Assembly (NCBI GenBank): GCA_964407105.1
Contig: CAYOUG010000001.1
Span: forward strand, 96,227-160,226
Length of the DNA stretch: 64,000 nucleotides
Source: an uncultured Candidatus Saccharibacteria bacterium
GTDB taxonomy: Bacteria > Patescibacteriota > Minisyncoccia > Phycocordibacterales > CALRHW01
Direction of reading: 5' to 3'
The position numbers were made by a program, and so were the translations under genes. A model generated the notes under the pieces. That model worked only from the letters and a program-made list of their open reading frames with translations. It ran no database searches and was not told the origin of the DNA. How positions within the stretch are numbered: the first letter of the stretch is position 1; the number at the start of each line of letters is the position of its first letter. Positions 18,191-27,895 of this stretch are shown here, one piece after another.

Positions 18191-18700
18191 TTGAGTACCA
18201 AGGTTAGAATAAATCATCAGATAAAAGCACCTGAGCTTCGGGTTATTGGTCCTGAAGGTGAAAATTTTGGGGTTATTTCCCTAGAAGAAGCCTTGAAAAG
18301 GGCCACAGAAGCTGGGTTTGATCTGATCGAAATATCACCAAACGCCGTTCCTCCGGTCGCAAAGATCATGGACTATGGCAAGTACCAATATGATGACAAC
18401 AAAAAAGCTAAGCTTGCAAAAGCAAAAGCTCATGTTGTGGAGGTAAAAAATATCCAAGTAAAAGTGGGTACAGGAGATCATGACTTGGCGCTAAAAGCAA
18501 AAAAGGCTTCAGAGTGGCTCGCCGAAGGAAACAGAGTAAAAATTGATCTATTTCTTCCAGGCAGAACAAAGTACATGGATCTAAATTTTCTTAAGGAGCG
18601 AATGGATAGAGTTCTTAAACTTATCACGATAGAATACAACATCGCCGATACGCCAAAGAAAAGCCCAAAAGGACTTACAACACTCATAGAAAGAAAATAA
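18191..18700 (+). CDS. infC: translation initiation factor IF-3
   Basis: The protein reads 'INHQIKAPELRVIGPEGE...' and has an IF3 C-terminal domain. The start is non-canonical, either TTG at 18191 or the in-frame ATA at 18188, as is typical of autoregulated infC. Confidence 0.9.
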   Translation: MSTKVRINHQIKAPELRVIGPEGENFGVISLEEALKRATEAGFDLIEISPNAVPPVAKIMDYGKYQYDDNKKAKLAKAKAHVVEVKNIQVKVGTGDHDLALKAKKASEWLAEGNRVKIDLFLPGRTKYMDLNFLKERMDRVLKLITIEYNIADTPKKSPKGLTTLIERK

Positions 18701-18720
18701 CTGTGTAAAACATAAAAAAT

Positions 18721-18906
18721 ATGAAAACAAACAAATCATTTACAAAAAGATTAAAACTCACTCGAACTGGCAAGATTATTGCTCGTAAGACGGGTCAAAA
18801 TCATTTCAATTCAAAAGAAAGCGGTCGAAGTCAAATTTCAAAAAAACGATCTACGGTGTTTATCATGAACAACAAGATAAAAAGCCGATACATGGTCAAT
18901 CAATAA
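18721..18906 (+). CDS. rpmI: 50S ribosomal protein L35
   Basis: It is a small basic protein of 'MKTNKSFTKRLKLTRTGKIIARKTG' type and sits between infC and rplT. Confidence 0.85.
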   Translation: MKTNKSFTKRLKLTRTGKIIARKTGQNHFNSKESGRSQISKKRSTVFIMNNKIKSRYMVNQ

Positions 18907-18940
18907 CAGTAAAACTGAAAATCATATTTAATTAAAAAAC

Positions 18941-19285
18941 ATGACAAGAGTAAAAAAAGGAGTTAACGCTCTAAAAACAAGACGAAACGTTTTAAAACAA
19001 GTAAAAGGATACCGTTTTGGTCGTAGTACCAAAGAACGAGAGGCGTACGATGCTATCGCTCACGCTGGAGCATATGCGTTTGCACATCGACGAGACAAAA
19101 AAAATGATTTCCGCAAACTTTGGACAGTGCGCATAAACGCAGCACTTGAAACTCACGGACTTTCATACAGTAAATTTATGGGCGCTCTCAAAAAGAAAGG
19201 TATTGCTGTAGATCGAAAAATTCTTGCAACACTCGCGGCACAAAATCCAGAATCATTTGAACGAATTGTGAACAGTGCCAAATAA
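18941..19285 (+). CDS. rplT: 50S ribosomal protein L20
   Basis: The N-terminus is 'MTRVKKGVNALKTRRNVLKQVKGYRFGR'. Confidence 0.95.
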   Translation: MTRVKKGVNALKTRRNVLKQVKGYRFGRSTKEREAYDAIAHAGAYAFAHRRDKKNDFRKLWTVRINAALETHGLSYSKFMGALKKKGIAVDRKILATLAAQNPESFERIVNSAK

Positions 19286-19332
19286 GATCTCGAAATAGTC
19301 CACCAGAAAAACACCGTCAAAAACATTGATAA

Positions 19333-19368
19333 AACGCATCAGTCATTCAATTGATCGATGCGTTTTTC
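19333..19368 (+). terminator. rho-independent terminator after rplT
   Basis: AACGCATC...GATGCGTT has 8 bp and is followed by a T-run. Confidence 0.6.
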
Positions 19369-19434
19369 GTTGACTAATAAATAAATAAAAGATAATGTGA
19401 GCGGGGCCCCAACAGAACATTTTGGAGAGAAAAG

Positions 19435-19605
19435 ATGTGTTGTAATAAAGATCACTGCAATCACAAACCATACACCTCACGTGAAATAATCATCGCAATC
19501 ATCTTCATGGCAATAGCCGTCTCGATCATTTTCTTTTTCAGGACTCAAATTGAAGAGAAAAAGCTTGAGATACAAACATCAACCACAAAAGCACCGGCCT
19601 CATAG
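19435..19605 (+). CDS. unlisted 56-aa Cys-rich single-TM peptide, MCCNKDHCNHKPYTSREIIIAIIFMAIAVSIIFFFRTQIEEKKLEIQTSTTKAPAS
   Basis: GGAGAG lies 5 nt upstream of the ATG. It has one strong TM helix, and a hairpin plus T6 follow the TAG. It was not in the ORF track because it is under 60 aa. Confidence 0.35.
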   Translation: MCCNKDHCNHKPYTSREIIIAIIFMAIAVSIIFFFRTQIEEKKLEIQTSTTKAPAS

Positions 19606-19693
19606 GCGGTGTTTTTTCATTTATACTCCATAATTTTCAGCACATCACAAAAAATAAAGTCTGTTATCAAATAATATAAGTGGAAACAAAAAA

Positions 19694-21064
19694 CTAACAA
19701 GGCAGATCATAAGCTTTTCCGCGCTCAGGATACATTGCATTAACATTCAAATAATCGCGTAAACGCTGTACCAAAAAAAGTCCTGCTTTTGGCTCACCGA
19801 GTACCACAAAAACTTTTTTCACACTTTTACTTGTGTGTTCAACAAACTCAACGAGATGATCTGAGTCTTTGTGTGCAGAATATCCAGAAAGCATTTCAAC
19901 ACGTGCACGCACTGGCACATTTTCACCGTTTATAAAAAGTGGATTTACACCATCTTGAAGTTTTCGTCCCATCGTACCAAGCCCCTGATAACCTATAAGT
20001 AAAATGGTGTTATTTTTGTCTGGTAAATAATGTGCTTCGTGGTGTACCACTCGCCCACCATTGGACATTCCTGAACCTGCAATAATTATTTTAGGGTTTG
20101 CGGTGTGCACAATAGCGCGTGAATCTTGACCCCTCATAACATTTTTTAATTTGGGAAAATTAAAAATATGATCTCCGCCAGCAATATCTTTTTGAGTGGT
20201 TTCATTAAATTGATTTTGAGAAGCAAAACGATTGTAAATTTCGGTAATTTTAATAGCCAACGGAGAATCTAAATATACGGGTATAGAACCCACCACACCG
20301 TCTTCTATCATATTGTTTATCTTATAAAGCATAATTTGTGTACGCTCCAAAGAAAAAGACGGAATAACAAGTACACCTTTTCTAGAAATAGTATCTTTAA
20401 TTACTTGCACTAGTTTTGCGTCAGAATCTTGAATACTTTCGTGGTTTCTATCGCCATATACACTGTCAATAATTAAATAATCGGCATCTGTAATAAACTC
20501 CGTATCCTTTAAAAGCATCGCTGGTGAGTGCCCCAAATCGCCACAGAAAACGATGTTTTTGCCATTGTATGTCAGTTTAATAATAGAAGAGCCGAGCACA
20601 TGGCCAGCGTCACTTAAATACACGTCAAAATCATTCGATACTGCTTTTTTTTGATGATAAGGAATTGTCTGCCACAAAGAAAACGCTTCGCGCACGTGAG
20701 TATCAAAATAAAGCGGTTCTTTACCTTTTTCTTTTGATTCAAGCTCAAGTATCTTTACTGCATCTTCGAGCATTAAATGAGCAATTTCTTTTGTTTCTGG
20801 TGTTGAATAAATAATACCCTTGAAACCATCACGAACAAGCTTTGGAATACGACCGATATGGTCGATATGTGCATGCGTTACAAAAAGCATGTCTATTGAG
20901 GCAGGATTGTAATCAAATGCTTTTTTATTTTCTTCTTCTGCATACTGACTCCCCTGCATTAATCCACAATCTACCAAAATTTTTGTCTGCGGACTTTCCA
21001 ATAAAAAATTGGCGCCAGTCACCGTGCCTACCCCAGTACAAAATGTGAGTTTTAAAGATTGCAT
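19694..21064 (-). CDS. MBL-fold beta-CASP family ribonuclease (RNase J/TTHA0252-like)
   Basis: It has 'VTHAHIDHIG' (HxHxDH) and downstream beta-CASP His/Asp motifs. It is 456 aa. Confidence 0.75.
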   Translation of the reverse strand: MQSLKLTFCTGVGTVTGANFLLESPQTKILVDCGLMQGSQYAEEENKKAFDYNPASIDMLFVTHAHIDHIGRIPKLVRDGFKGIIYSTPETKEIAHLMLEDAVKILELESKEKGKEPLYFDTHVREAFSLWQTIPYHQKKAVSNDFDVYLSDAGHVLGSSIIKLTYNGKNIVFCGDLGHSPAMLLKDTEFITDADYLIIDSVYGDRNHESIQDSDAKLVQVIKDTISRKGVLVIPSFSLERTQIMLYKINNMIEDGVVGSIPVYLDSPLAIKITEIYNRFASQNQFNETTQKDIAGGDHIFNFPKLKNVMRGQDSRAIVHTANPKIIIAGSGMSNGGRVVHHEAHYLPDKNNTILLIGYQGLGTMGRKLQDGVNPLFINGENVPVRARVEMLSGYSAHKDSDHLVEFVEHTSKSVKKVFVVLGEPKAGLFLVQRLRDYLNVNAMYPERGKAYDLPC

Positions 21065-21067
21065 TTA

Positions 21068-21538
21068 TTATATTTGGGTTTTATAAAATTTATCATCAGC
21101 ATCAAGATCTTTTGGAGAAAGAATATCTTTTTTTCCAAGTACTAAAATGTATTTATGTAAAAAAAGCGCAGATACAAAACCACCCACACCGTCCATAATG
21201 ATATCAAGTATAGTATCTGCAACATAATTGTTTACTGTGAAAGTAATACCTGTAAAATATTCGAAAATTTCCCAAGCCACCCCAATACCAAGCGCACTTA
21301 AAAGCGCAATAAAAAGTACTGAGGAAAACTTTGAGTTATTGGGCACTTTCACATAATCAGAAAAAAAGAAAAACCATACTGCCACAAACCCAAACCAAAA
21401 ACCACCCAAAAAATGCATCATAATATCAAACCAACCAAAAATCCAATACAGATCAAGTTGCATGGCGATTGTCTGCAATACCGCAACTACAAAAATGAAA
21501 ATAAATAAAAATAGGAAAAAGGGTTTTTTTAGTATCAT
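21068..21538 (-). CDS. integral membrane protein, possibly VanZ-like
   Basis: It has 4-5 TM helices. 'DTILDIIMDGVGG' resembles the VanZ-like conserved region. Confidence 0.4.
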   Translation of the reverse strand: MILKKPFFLFLFIFIFVVAVLQTIAMQLDLYWIFGWFDIMMHFLGGFWFGFVAVWFFFFSDYVKVPNNSKFSSVLFIALLSALGIGVAWEIFEYFTGITFTVNNYVADTILDIIMDGVGGFVSALFLHKYILVLGKKDILSPKDLDADDKFYKTQI

Positions 21539-21879
21539 ATCTTCTTAAATACCGATCACTTTAAGCTCACATAATCATATCGTCTTTCATTACAAATTAA
21601 AACATCCGCTTGCGCGGATATTTTAATCAGGGCTACCTGGGTATATTGCCCTAGTGTTAAAACTAGGTGGGTGCCCGAATGTTGTACTACAAGAGCGCAA
21701 CACAATCTAAAGCTCCCTGAATATTACTTTAATCTAGATAATATCCCAAATAACCCCACGTTAATTATATGCCTTCAAAACTCTTTTTCAACTTTTTTGG
21801 GCTACTGTGATACACAATACTTCAAGACGCAATAAGAGAAAGAAAAAAAGCCTTATATTTGGTCACTTAAAAATTGTAT

Positions 21880-22491
21880 TTATTCTAAAATACCATCAAG
21901 ATTTACATCGTACAAAATTTCCTCTTGTATATTTCGGTAATCAATTACTTCCTTTGGAGAAAACCAATGAATGATTTCTTTTTCTGCTTCATCAACGGTT
22001 CCCGAGGCGTGCACTAAATTACGAATAGCTCGACTGTCTGTATCAGACATTGTATATGAATCAAGAACAAAGTCGCCACGAATAGTACCAACATCAGTGT
22101 TTAGAGGCTCGGTACCACCTGTAATTTTTCTCACAATAGACACGGCGTGCGCACCCTCCCAAACCATACACACAACAGGACCGCTCGTCATATACTTCTT
22201 TAAACGTTCGAGTACAAGTCTTGTGATCTCAAGCGGGTCTTCTGACATTGGCGCTTCTCCTCGTGCTTTTGCGGCCTTAATACTCTTTTCACCAGTGATA
22301 CGTCGCCATTCTGGATCTAGGGTGTAATGTTGTTCAATATGCTCTGCAGTAGGAACACACATTTTTAAAGCGACAAGTTTTAAACCGACTCTTTCATATC
22401 GTCCCACAATTTCTCCAATGAGTGATCGCTGAATGCTGTCTGGTTTTAAAATAACAAGTGTTCGTTCCTTTTTGGGATGTTTTTTATTCAT
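21880..22491 (-). CDS. ndk: nucleoside diphosphate kinase (long variant)
   Basis: It has 'ERTLVILKPD' and the catalytic His region 'RNLVHASGT'. At 203 aa it has insertions relative to canonical Ndk. Confidence 0.8.
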   Translation of the reverse strand: MNKKHPKKERTLVILKPDSIQRSLIGEIVGRYERVGLKLVALKMCVPTAEHIEQHYTLDPEWRRITGEKSIKAAKARGEAPMSEDPLEITRLVLERLKKYMTSGPVVCMVWEGAHAVSIVRKITGGTEPLNTDVGTIRGDFVLDSYTMSDTDSRAIRNLVHASGTVDEAEKEIIHWFSPKEVIDYRNIQEEILYDVNLDGILE

Positions 22492-22546
22492 ATTTTTTTA
22501 TTTATTTCGTTAGTATACCAATTTTTTCACTTCAAGCAATAAAAAA

Positions 22547-23317
22547 TTATTTTGTAAGAATGATAGGCTCACCTTCTGTAATGGCAATCGTATGTTCAAA
22601 ATGCGCACTACGTTTTCCGTCACGTGTGCGAAAAGTGTAACCATCTTGATCAAGTTTGATGTTTCCTGTACCCAGATTTAACATTGGTTCTATAGCAATC
22701 ACCATACCTGGTTTTAATGTAATACCCGTCCCCTTTTTTCCAGTGTTTGGCACATAAGGATCTTCATGCACACGATAACCCACACCGTGTCCAGCCAAAC
22801 CTTCAGCATGAGAAAATCCATATGGTTTGACAAATGTTTCTATCGCAAAACCAATGTCTCCAATTTTATTTCCTCCTCGTGCAACATTAATACCTTTAAA
22901 AAGAGCTTCTTTAGTAACACGTAAAAGTTCACGTGCCTCTTCATCAATTTTTCCCACAGGCACAGTAATGGCAGAATCTGTAATAAGGCCTTTATGCACA
23001 ATTCCCATATCTAAACCCACAATATCTCCTTCTTTTAACTCTCTTGGGTGTTCATTTGGAATGCCGTGCACAACCTCATCGTTTATAGAAACACACAAGC
23101 TGGCTGGATACGGTCGACTCGCACCATCTGGTTGATAATTTAAAAAAGACGGCTGATCTCCATTTTCATAGGAAAGATTACGCGCAACATCATCTAGTTC
23201 TTTTGTGGTAATGCCGGGTTTTACCATTGATGCAAGAGTATTCAATATAAAAGCCAAGCGAGCACCGCCTTCTTTAAGAATTTCTATTTCTTCTGGAGTT
23301 TTAATAGTAACCGCCAT
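22547..23317 (-). CDS. map: methionine aminopeptidase type I
   Basis: It has 'EHPRELKEGDIVGLDMG' and 'GHGVGYRVHEDP' metal-ligand motifs. Confidence 0.95.
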   Translation of the reverse strand: MAVTIKTPEEIEILKEGGARLAFILNTLASMVKPGITTKELDDVARNLSYENGDQPSFLNYQPDGASRPYPASLCVSINDEVVHGIPNEHPRELKEGDIVGLDMGIVHKGLITDSAITVPVGKIDEEARELLRVTKEALFKGINVARGGNKIGDIGFAIETFVKPYGFSHAEGLAGHGVGYRVHEDPYVPNTGKKGTGITLKPGMVIAIEPMLNLGTGNIKLDQDGYTFRTRDGKRSAHFEHTIAITEGEPIILTK

Positions 23318-23329
23318 TTCGTATCTGAA

Positions 23330-23926
23330 TTAAAAAAATGTTATTTTTTTTATTATCTCTTCATGAACAAGGTCTTTGTCTTTCTCCCCACTTACTTCTA
23401 TTAGATTGTATCTTGAATTATTTTTAAAATGATCTATTGCGGGCATCGCATCTCGATCAAACCAATCGAGACGTTTATTGATCTTTTCAAGTGTCGCATC
23501 ATCAGATCGTCCACGAGCAATGAGTCTTTTTAAAGACCAATCTCGACTTACGCTGAGATATATCACATTAGCCTTTCGGCCATAAAAATCAAGTGCGGTG
23601 TCTAAGGTGAGAGCTTCAGGAAGAGAACGTGGTGTGCCGTCTACGACGATATGCTCTTGGCCATTAATATGTTCTATAAACAAGTTTGACCACATCCAAA
23701 TGGCCAAAAAATCTGGTTGTCGTTCATCGTTTTCATATATTTTTTTAGAAAGTGTACTTGAATATGATGAACCTTTTATAAAATCTCTAAATCGTGCTCC
23801 AGACTCAAGATAAAAAATAGGTCGTGCTGATGATTCTTGATTTTTTAAATATGTCATAAGCAAATCAGCCTGTGTTCCCTTTCCACAACCCGATCGCCCG
23901 ATAAATATAAATGTTTGAGGATTCAT
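23330..23926 (-). CDS. adk: adenylate kinase (divergent P-loop 'GRSGCGKGTQA')
   Basis: It has a P-loop followed by GKGTQ, and sits in the conserved secY-adk-map context. Confidence 0.8.
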   Translation of the reverse strand: MNPQTFIFIGRSGCGKGTQADLLMTYLKNQESSARPIFYLESGARFRDFIKGSSYSSTLSKKIYENDERQPDFLAIWMWSNLFIEHINGQEHIVVDGTPRSLPEALTLDTALDFYGRKANVIYLSVSRDWSLKRLIARGRSDDATLEKINKRLDWFDRDAMPAIDHFKNNSRYNLIEVSGEKDKDLVHEEIIKKITFF

Positions 23927-23972
23927 GAATTAATTATAACCCAAAAACAAAAAACCGGCCGTAGCCGATTTT

Positions 23973-25244
23973 TTAGTACTCACGAATAGAAAGCTGTGCG
24001 TCGGTTTTTTTGATTAAATCAATTACCACAGACACTACGATAAGAAGCGCCGTACCGCCCACAGAGAAAGCTGTAATACCTGTACCCGCTTTCATTATCA
24101 AAGGAAGCACAGCAATAATTCCAAGGAAAAGTGCTCCAAATAGTGTCAAACGAGTTAGGATACGGGCGATGTATTCTGATGTTGGCTGACCCGGACGTAC
24201 CCCAGGAATAAACGCTCCGCCTTTTTGCAAGTTGGTTGAGATTGAATCTGGATCAAAAGTAACCGCGGTGTAAAAGTATGTAAACACAAACACAAGAAGG
24301 AAATAAAGAACAGCGTGAATCCATCCGTTATTCAGAACGTTTAGAATTGATGCTGCGATATTTTTAAATCCTGCTCCACCAACATTTTTCAAGAAACTAA
24401 AAATCATTTGAGGAAAAAGCAAAATAGATAGAGCAAAAATAATTGGAATTACTCCAGCTTGATTGAGTCGAAGTGGAAGATATGTGGAAACACCACCATA
24501 CACCTTGCTACCACGCACACGTTTTGCATATGTAATAGGAATTGGTCGTTCCGCTTCGGTAATTACTACCACAGCTCCGATAACAACAAGTGTAATCGCA
24601 AAAAATAGAAGATAAACAGGAATTTGCGCTACATCGAACACAAATTGAAGTTGTGCAATACCTCTCGGCAATCCAGCTACGATACCAGCAAAAATAATAA
24701 GAGAAAGACCGTTGCCTATACCATATTCTGTAATAAGCTCACCAATCCACATAAGAAGTATCGCTCCACCCGTAATGATAGCCACGTTTACTATTTGTTC
24801 TGGCCAAGTCATTATTGCAAGTACTCCGCTTGATCTAAGAAGTGCAAGGAAACCAAAAGATTGAATGATGGCAATAGGTACAGTGACAATACGAGAATAC
24901 TGACTAAACTTTTTTCTTCCAGCGTCTCCCTCCTCCTGATAGAGCGCCTTAAGACGAGGAGACATAATGGTAAGCAACTGCATAATGATAGACGCTGTAA
25001 TGTATGGACTTACACCAATCATCACAATAGATAAATTTGAAAATCCACCTCCAGAAAATATATTAAAAAGATTTAGAAAATCATTGCCAGAAAAAAGAGC
25101 CTGCAAACGACTTACGTCTACGCCCGGTATAGGAATAGCGGCAAAAGCCCGAAACACAATAAGCGCTCCGAGTGTAAACAAAATTTTCTTTCGAAGGATT
25201 CGATCCTGAAAGATTGTAGAAAGTGTATTAAAAATTGTTTTCAT
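23973..25244 (-). CDS. secY: preprotein translocase subunit SecY
   Basis: It has 10 TM helices and sits directly after rplO. Confidence 0.95.
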   Translation of the reverse strand: MKTIFNTLSTIFQDRILRKKILFTLGALIVFRAFAAIPIPGVDVSRLQALFSGNDFLNLFNIFSGGGFSNLSIVMIGVSPYITASIIMQLLTIMSPRLKALYQEEGDAGRKKFSQYSRIVTVPIAIIQSFGFLALLRSSGVLAIMTWPEQIVNVAIITGGAILLMWIGELITEYGIGNGLSLIIFAGIVAGLPRGIAQLQFVFDVAQIPVYLLFFAITLVVIGAVVVITEAERPIPITYAKRVRGSKVYGGVSTYLPLRLNQAGVIPIIFALSILLFPQMIFSFLKNVGGAGFKNIAASILNVLNNGWIHAVLYFLLVFVFTYFYTAVTFDPDSISTNLQKGGAFIPGVRPGQPTSEYIARILTRLTLFGALFLGIIAVLPLIMKAGTGITAFSVGGTALLIVVSVVIDLIKKTDAQLSIREY

Positions 25245-25245
25245 A

Positions 25246-25680
25246 TTATTTTGCTACAGTTCCACCAGCTTTTTCTATTTTTGCTTTTGCTGATGCAGAG
25301 ACAAGACAACCAGACACAGTAAGTTTTTTGGTAAGTTCACCTCCTCCAAGAATTTTAACAAATAATTTTGCTCCTTTGTGAGAAGTTATAAGACCTTTTT
25401 CTGCAATTACTTTTGGGGTTATGCTGTCTCCATTTGAAAATGCCTTTTCAAACATACCGACATTTATCGCTGTAGATTTTGCATAAATACTTTTTGCACT
25501 ATAACCACGAAGTTTTGGAAGTCGTTTAATAAAATCTCGTACTTCTGGACGAAGCTTTCCTCCAGCTCGCGCTTTCTGACCTTTTGTCCCACGGCCTGAA
25601 GTTTTGCCACGCTTTCCACCACGACCTACAGACTGTGATCGTTTATTTTTTGTTTTTCTTTTTATATTGTGAATCTGCAT
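25246..25680 (-). CDS. rplO: 50S ribosomal protein L15
   Basis: It has a Gly/Arg/Lys-rich N-terminus 'GRGGKRGKTSGRGTKGQKARAGG'. Confidence 0.9.
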   Translation of the reverse strand: MQIHNIKRKTKNKRSQSVGRGGKRGKTSGRGTKGQKARAGGKLRPEVRDFIKRLPKLRGYSAKSIYAKSTAINVGMFEKAFSNGDSITPKVIAEKGLITSHKGAKLFVKILGGGELTKKLTVSGCLVSASAKAKIEKAGGTVAK

Positions 25681-25690
25681 GGTCTTTGTA

Positions 25691-26320
25691 TTATGCTTTT
25701 ACTCTTGTCTTTCGCTCTTTTAATTTACCAAGTGCATCAAGAGCAGCCTTTGCATTGTTAAGCTGATTTTTACTTCGTGAGAAAATTTTTGCTCCCGCGT
25801 TTTTGATACCAGCAAGCTCAAGTACAGGACGAACAGAGCTTCCTGCGATAATACCCTTTCCTGGAGCCGGCATAATGAGTACACGAGAACCACAATATTT
25901 AGATTCTACATCGTGTGAAATAGACATGTCTTTTGTGAGGCGTACGGTAATCATGTGTTTTTTTGCGTTTCGAAGCGCTTTGTCTATAGCAAGAGAAGTG
26001 TCTCCTGCTTTTCCAATACCCACACCCACAAGACCTTTTCGGTTGCCAGCAACAAGAGCCACGCTAAATGCAAATCGTCGACCTCCTGTTACCACACGAG
26101 TTACGCGACGAATGCTAATAATTTTCTGATCAAACTCAGGTTTTGCACGAGGTTCTCGTCTTGGACCTTGTTTGCGAGGATTTTTTTGAAATCCACCTCT
26201 AGAATCACGACCAAACGGCACTCGTGCATCTCTAGGTTTTTGTAAAGCAGGAGAAACAGCAATCACTTCTGGTTGTGTTGTTTCTGTTACTGTATCAATT
26301 GTTGTTGTATCTTTTTCCAT
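25691..26320 (-). CDS. rpsE: 30S ribosomal protein S5 (N-terminal extension of about 55 aa)
   Basis: It has 'RVTRVVTGGRRFAFSVALVAGN' and 'GVGIGKAGD'. Confidence 0.9.
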   Translation of the reverse strand: MEKDTTTIDTVTETTQPEVIAVSPALQKPRDARVPFGRDSRGGFQKNPRKQGPRREPRAKPEFDQKIISIRRVTRVVTGGRRFAFSVALVAGNRKGLVGVGIGKAGDTSLAIDKALRNAKKHMITVRLTKDMSISHDVESKYCGSRVLIMPAPGKGIIAGSSVRPVLELAGIKNAGAKIFSRSKNQLNNAKAALDALGKLKERKTRVKA

Positions 26321-26323
26321 ATA

Positions 26324-26674
26324 TTAAAATTGTAAACCTGCTTCTCTGGCACTTTCTGCTACCGCCTTTATCTTTCCCGTGTACACAAATCCACCACGGT
26401 CAAATACGACAGATTTTAATCCAGCCTTTAGTGCTTTTTCTGCAATATCTTTTCCTGCCTCTCTGGCGCGCTCTATGCCGGTCTTGCCTTTTGTATCTCG
26501 AGTAGAAGACGCTACAAGTGTTTTTCCAGACTCGTCATCAATGAGTTGCAAATAAATTGCTGTGTTTGTTTTTGAAACTGAAAATCGAGGACGGTTTGCA
26601 GTGCCAGAAATAACACTTCGGATTTTTTTGTGTCTTCGGATTCTTTTTTCTGTTTTGTTTTGGCTAATACTCAT
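26324..26674 (-). CDS. rplR: 50S ribosomal protein L18
   Basis: It has 'RPRFSVSKTNTAIYLQLIDD'. Confidence 0.9.
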   Translation of the reverse strand: MSISQNKTEKRIRRHKKIRSVISGTANRPRFSVSKTNTAIYLQLIDDESGKTLVASSTRDTKGKTGIERAREAGKDIAEKALKAGLKSVVFDRGGFVYTGKIKAVAESAREAGLQF

Positions 26675-26684
26675 GTTTGTATTT

Positions 26685-27215
26685 TTATGCAGCTTTCTTA
26701 CCCTGCTTTCGACGCACTATTTCATCTGAATATCTAATACCCTTACCTTTATATGGTTCGGGTTTTTTCCAAGATCGAACCTCTGCCACAAATTGACCAA
26801 CTTTTTCTTTATCTATACCAGAAACAGTAATAGTATTTTTGTCTGTACTTACCTTAAGACCGTTTGGAATGGACATTTTTACTAAATGAGAAAAACCCAA
26901 ACTCATCACAAGGTCTGTTCCTTTTACTTCGGCTTTATATCCAATACCTTCAATAATAAGTTTCTTTTCGTAAGCTTTGTTTACACCAGCAATCATATTC
27001 ATAACATGAGATGCAACGGTACCCCACAGTGCTGGGTTTGTATTATTTTTTGTAGGAACAACAGTGATATTGCCATCTGCCACTGTAAAAGAAACACCAG
27101 ATGCAAATGATCGAGAGATCTCACCTAAAGATCCTTTCACTGTCACAGAAGAGCCAGAAGCTGTTACTTCGGTTTTTTCAGGAATTGCTATTATTTTTTT
27201 TCCAATTCTTGACAT
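26685..27215 (-). CDS. rplF: 50S ribosomal protein L6
   Basis: It reads 'MSRIGKKIIAIPE...VKGSLGE' and has the two-domain L6 pattern. Confidence 0.9.
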   Translation of the reverse strand: MSRIGKKIIAIPEKTEVTASGSSVTVKGSLGEISRSFASGVSFTVADGNITVVPTKNNTNPALWGTVASHVMNMIAGVNKAYEKKLIIEGIGYKAEVKGTDLVMSLGFSHLVKMSIPNGLKVSTDKNTITVSGIDKEKVGQFVAEVRSWKKPEPYKGKGIRYSDEIVRRKQGKKAA

Positions 27216-27221
27216 ATTTTA

Positions 27222-27611
27222 TTACCAAATCTTAAAAAGTAATTCTCCGCCCACCTTTTCTTTCTTCGCATCTCTGTTTGTCATAATTCCTTTTGGGGTT
27301 GTAAGAATCATCAAACCAGTTCCATATTTTACTGATCGAAGATCTTTTGCTTTCTGATAAACTCGCTTTGAAAGTTTTGATACACGCGCAACACCTTGCA
27401 CTTTTGGAGAACCGTCTGCTTCATAGACAAGCTCGGCTTCAATAAACTTAGTTATTTTTTTACCCTTTTTTGAAACAGATTTAAGAAAGCCTTCTTTTTC
27501 AAGAAGTGTTGCAATTTCAAATTTAATTTTTGAATACGGAAAAATAACAGACTCTTTTTTTACGTCTTGAGCATTCTTTATACGTGTGATCATGTCAGCG
27601 ATTTGGTCCAT
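27222..27611 (-). CDS. rpsH: 30S ribosomal protein S8
   Basis: It has 'ADMITRIKNA' and the C-terminal 'GGELLFKIW'. Confidence 0.9.
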   Translation of the reverse strand: MDQIADMITRIKNAQDVKKESVIFPYSKIKFEIATLLEKEGFLKSVSKKGKKITKFIEAELVYEADGSPKVQGVARVSKLSKRVYQKAKDLRSVKYGTGLMILTTPKGIMTNRDAKKEKVGGELLFKIW

Positions 27612-27620
27612 ATTTTTTTA

Positions 27621-27806
27621 TTACCAAGAAGATTTCTTTACTCCTGGGATTTTTCCTTCATTAGCAAACTCACGAAAACAGATTCGGCAAAGGTCAAAGT
27701 CTCGCATATATCCTCGTTTTCGACCGCATCGAAAACATCTTCGAACTATACGGGTCGAGAATTTTGGTTTCTTTAATGCTCTTGCTTTTACTGATGTTTT
27801 TGCCAT
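27621..27806 (-). CDS. rpsZ: 30S ribosomal protein S14 type Z (zinc-binding)
   Basis: It has 61 aa and a CxxC...CxxC motif ('[23 protein letters not shown]'). Confidence 0.9.
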   Translation of the reverse strand: MAKTSVKARALKKPKFSTRIVRRCFRCGRKRGYMRDFDLCRICFREFANEGKIPGVKKSSW

Positions 27807-27895
27807 TTCTGGTTTTTATCTTAATTTATTGAAACAAAAAAAGCTTCAAAAAGCTTGCGCTTCATACTAGCAGGAAGGTATACCATTGTCAAAGC

